From an uncultured Prolixibacteraceae bacterium (GTDB lineage: Bacteria > Bacteroidota > Bacteroidia > Bacteroidales > Prolixibacteraceae), in assembly GCA_964395045.1 (NCBI GenBank), contig CAYNBE010000001.1:1-52119 (forward strand): a stretch of 52,119 nucleotides of DNA. Direction: 5' to 3'. Shown here piece after piece: positions 49,572-52,119 of the stretch. Every line of letters starts with the position of its first letter. The stretch's first letter is position 1. The notes under the pieces were generated by a model, which was given only the letters and a program-made list of their open reading frames with translations, searched no databases and had not been told where the DNA came from. Position numbers and translations under genes: made by a program.

Positions 49572-50414
49572 ATGAACAAGAAACTGAATGATAAAATTGC
49601 AGTTGTAACCGGAGCCGGAGGAACCCTATGTTCCGAGATGGCCCGAAATCTTGCATTACAGGGAGCGAAGGTTGTTTTGGTAGGCCGAACCCTGGCCAAG
49701 CTGGAAAAGGTTGAGCGGGAAATCACTGAAAACGGAGGGATCGCCTTATCTGTACCTGCTGACGTTACCGATGAAATACAGGTTCAAGCAGCAAGGCTGA
49801 AAATTGCGGATACCTATGGTACCTGCGATATTTTGATTAACGGAGCCGGGGGCAACCAGACTGATGCGGTGACCACGATAAGTAGATTCAGCGAAGAAGA
49901 ACTGAACTATGAAGAAGGCGTCCGCGGTTTTTTTAATCTCGATATGAAAAAATTCAGCTATGTCGTTGAATCCAATACGATGGGTACGGTGATTCCCTGT
50001 TTTGTATTCGGAAAGGAAATGGCTGAAAAGAAAAACGGTGTCATTGTTAATATTGCATCAATGAACAGCTACCGCCCCCTGTCGAGAGTTGCTGCCTACG
50101 GAATGGCAAAGGCCGGCATCATGAATTTCACGCAATGGCTGGCTGCCTATCTGGCCCCGGCTCATATCCGGGTGAATGCCATTGCCCCGGGCTTTTTCCT
50201 GAACGAAAGGAGTGCCAAATTGCTGACCAACCCCGAGGGTGGCTTCACTGAAAGGGGTGAAAACATTATCCGACAAACGCCCATGAATCGTTTTGGTGAA
50301 GCTTCCGATCTCATTGGTTGTCTAAACTGGCTGATCGATGATGAAGCAGCCGGATTTGTGACTGGAATAACAATCCCTGTAGACGGAGGTTTCTTAGCTG
50401 ATTCAGGAATCTGA
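49572..50414 (+). CDS. SDR-type D-mannonate (fructuronate) oxidoreductase
   Basis: TGAGGTLC, LINGAGGN, YGMAK, NFTQWLA, IRVNAIAPGFF, PVDGGF; follows uxaC. Confidence 0.85.
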   Translation: MNKKLNDKIAVVTGAGGTLCSEMARNLALQGAKVVLVGRTLAKLEKVEREITENGGIALSVPADVTDEIQVQAARLKIADTYGTCDILINGAGGNQTDAVTTISRFSEEELNYEEGVRGFFNLDMKKFSYVVESNTMGTVIPCFVFGKEMAEKKNGVIVNIASMNSYRPLSRVAAYGMAKAGIMNFTQWLAAYLAPAHIRVNAIAPGFFLNERSAKLLTNPEGGFTERGENIIRQTPMNRFGEASDLIGCLNWLIDDEAAGFVTGITIPVDGGFLADSGI

Positions 50415-50426
50415 AAAATTCTAATT

Positions 50427-50717
50427 ATGAGCACCGGTCAATGCAAGAAAGAAGTAAGCATGATGAAGCTGGAAAAGCTCATCGGGATGAGGGAAGGATT
50501 GTCAAATGTTGACTTTCCCATTCCCGGAAGAGAATTGCTTTACAGATTCGAACAGTTGTATGCCGGGGCAGTAAATGATGTGTTGCGTGAGTTCTGTTTG
50601 CTGGAACAGGCCTTGCCTGGTCGTATCAAATCATTGAGGGAATACCGTACTGTGGCAGGTTTTGCATTCACGGTAAAAAGTTCTCCCCATGGAATGATTC
50701 AGGGAATCATTCTATGA
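50427..50717 (+). pseudogene. RraA/HMG-aldolase-family gene, 3'-truncated
   Basis: LYAGAVNDVL...VAGFAFTVK is the N-terminal part of the fold; the ORF ends about 10 codons later without the DG.xRD core. Confidence 0.65.
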
Positions 50718-50787
50718 CAACGGTCCGACACCAATGGCCGAAATGCTACAGCATTCTTGCGGCAGCGGATTTGATGGCTATCCGGAC
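50698..50787 (+). pseudogene. Internal remnant of mannonate dehydratase (uxuA-like)
   Basis: Manual translation FRESFYDNGPTPMAEMLQHSCGSGFDGYPD resembles the UxuA C-terminal F.E.FHD.G...M........GFDG..RPDH segment. Confidence 0.55.
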
Positions 50788-50896
50788 TGTTTCAATTTCT
50801 CAAACCTTTATTTTGGCAATTCAAAAGGGAATGTGTGGCAGAAGCCTCATAATTTTTCAGGTAAAACAGTAAAACCATCTGAAATTACTTCAAGGT

Positions 50897-52119
50897 ATGA
50901 ATAAAATACGGTTCTTTCATGAATTTTGGCCATCCCTGCTTCTTGTTGCTATCCTGGTATTTTTATCTGAATATTGCAGGTCCCAAAACAACAGAGATAT
51001 TCATTGGAAATATCTCGGAAAACTTAAGCCCCGTCATTCCAAAGAAATTCAGTCATCATTGATTTCTGTGGGTGCCGAAATGATGGACCGTGATTTTACT
51101 CTTTATAAAAACTGGAGAGAATATCTTGGACCGCTAGGAATTAAAAAGGCGCGTATCCAGTCAGGGTGGGCAAAATGCGAAAAAGAAAAGGGGGTTTATA
51201 ATTGGACCTGGCTCGATGAAATTGTTTATGACATGGTTGCGCAAGGTGTCGAACCCTGGATTGACCTTTGTTATGGGAACCCCATTTATTCCGGAGGTGG
51301 CGGTTTTACGCTTCAAAATAAAACATTGCCTTCTTCGGAAGAAGCTCTGAAGGCCTGGGAAAATTATGTGAAGGGAATTGTAACCCGTTATAAAAATTAT
51401 GTGGACGAATGGGAAATCTGGAATGAACCCAATTATGGGATTGAACCGGAACAATTCGCCCGCTTTTCGGTATTGACAGCGAAGACAATTAAATCGGCAC
51501 AACCGGATGCAACAGTTATAGGGCTGGCATTGGGAAGCCATGTCGATTACAAATATGCTGATAAGGTACTTGCTGAAATCGAAAAACTGGATGGAATTAA
51601 ATTTATTGACCAGGTTGTCCACCACCGCCATATTACGGTTCCTGAGGTTGATGGGCCCGAAATAGAACTGGAACGTGTAATCGATAAATATTCTTCGCGA
51701 ATTGTTGTTCGTCAGGGAGAAGCTGGCTGCCCGACACAAAGAAGCGACAGGTTTGCAATGAAAAACCAGGATTGGAATGAATTACAGCAGGCAAAACATA
51801 TCCTGCGAAGGTTGATATACGACCTGGCAAGAGGAAAGGAGACCAGTATTTTTACTATTATCGATGCACGTTATGAAATTGATGGTGAAGAAGTTTGGAA
51901 TTATAAAGGATTACTGGCTTCAAACGAAAGCCTTGAGGTAAGCCGTATTAAACCAGCCTATTATGCTTTGCAAAATGCAACCTCGATTTTTGATTCTTCA
52001 CTAACCCCAATCAACCGTTTTTCTTATGAGGCGACAAACGACACAAATATGTATGTTTTTGGTTTTGAAAACCAGTACAATAGAAAACAGGCTGTTGCTT
52101 TTTGGTATGGGAACCAAAA
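50897..52119 (+). CDS. Clan GH-A glycoside hydrolase (GH39/GH5-like), 3' end runs off the window
   Basis: Manual translation MNKIRFFHEFWPSLLLVAILVF...RIQSGWAKCEKEKGVYNWTWLD...WEIWNEPN (acid/base)...RQGEAG (candidate nucleophile); missing from the ORF track because it has no stop in the window. Confidence 0.85.
   Translation, partial: MNKIRFFHEFWPSLLLVAILVFLSEYCRSQNNRDIHWKYLGKLKPRHSKEIQSSLISVGAEMMDRDFTLYKNWREYLGPLGIKKARIQSGWAKCEKEKGVYNWTWLDEIVYDMVAQGVEPWIDLCYGNPIYSGGGGFTLQNKTLPSSEEALKAWENYVKGIVTRYKNYVDEWEIWNEPNYGIEPEQFARFSVLTAKTIKSAQPDATVIGLALGSHVDYKYADKVLAEIEKLDGIKFIDQVVHHRHITVPEVDGPEIELERVIDKYSSRIVVRQGEAGCPTQRSDRFAMKNQDWNELQQAKHILRRLIYDLARGKETSIFTIIDARYEIDGEEVWNYKGLLASNESLEVSRIKPAYYALQNATSIFDSSLTPINRFSYEATNDTNMYVFGFENQYNRKQAVAFWYGNQ

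Noticed and set aside
1-52119. rRNA, tRNA, prophage, integrase, autonomous transposase or known defence systems
   Set aside because: None recognised; nearly all long ORFs are accounted for by metabolic or housekeeping families

Overview
Mostly housekeeping chromosome of an anaerobic Bacteroidota organism. This is inferred from gene content, the proS / lipoprotein / FadL-type neighbourhood and several TAnnTTTG -7 promoter boxes; a Prolixibacteraceae-like relative is a guess. The window holds: aspartate aminotransferase, an orphan GroES, map, an acyl-ACP thioesterase, a 5'-shortened thymidylate synthase behind a REP-like palindrome cluster, clpB, SDR enzymes, a citrate synthase / two IDH / aconitase cluster, Dcp, acyl-CoA synthetase, proS, DUF4954-nagB, a mobA-psrABC-like molybdoenzyme operon with split YeeE transporters and an unusual rhodanese, and sugar/uronate catabolism genes. 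The most interesting signals are: (1) a four-helix-bundle (23S IVS/Avd-like) gene sitting in the loop of the middle one of three tandem heptamer-built hairpins, with exact 45-bp and 14-bp direct repeats, inside the sulfur-respiration operon; (2) a rhodanese lacking the active-site Cys but carrying a C-terminal GGC arm; (3) a 110-bp non-autonomous IS200/IS605-like insertion that splits an alpha-amylase remnant; (4) phased motifs upstream of clpB; (5) a deletion joining an RraA-family gene to a uxuA-like remnant. All family calls come from motif recognition, not database searches.
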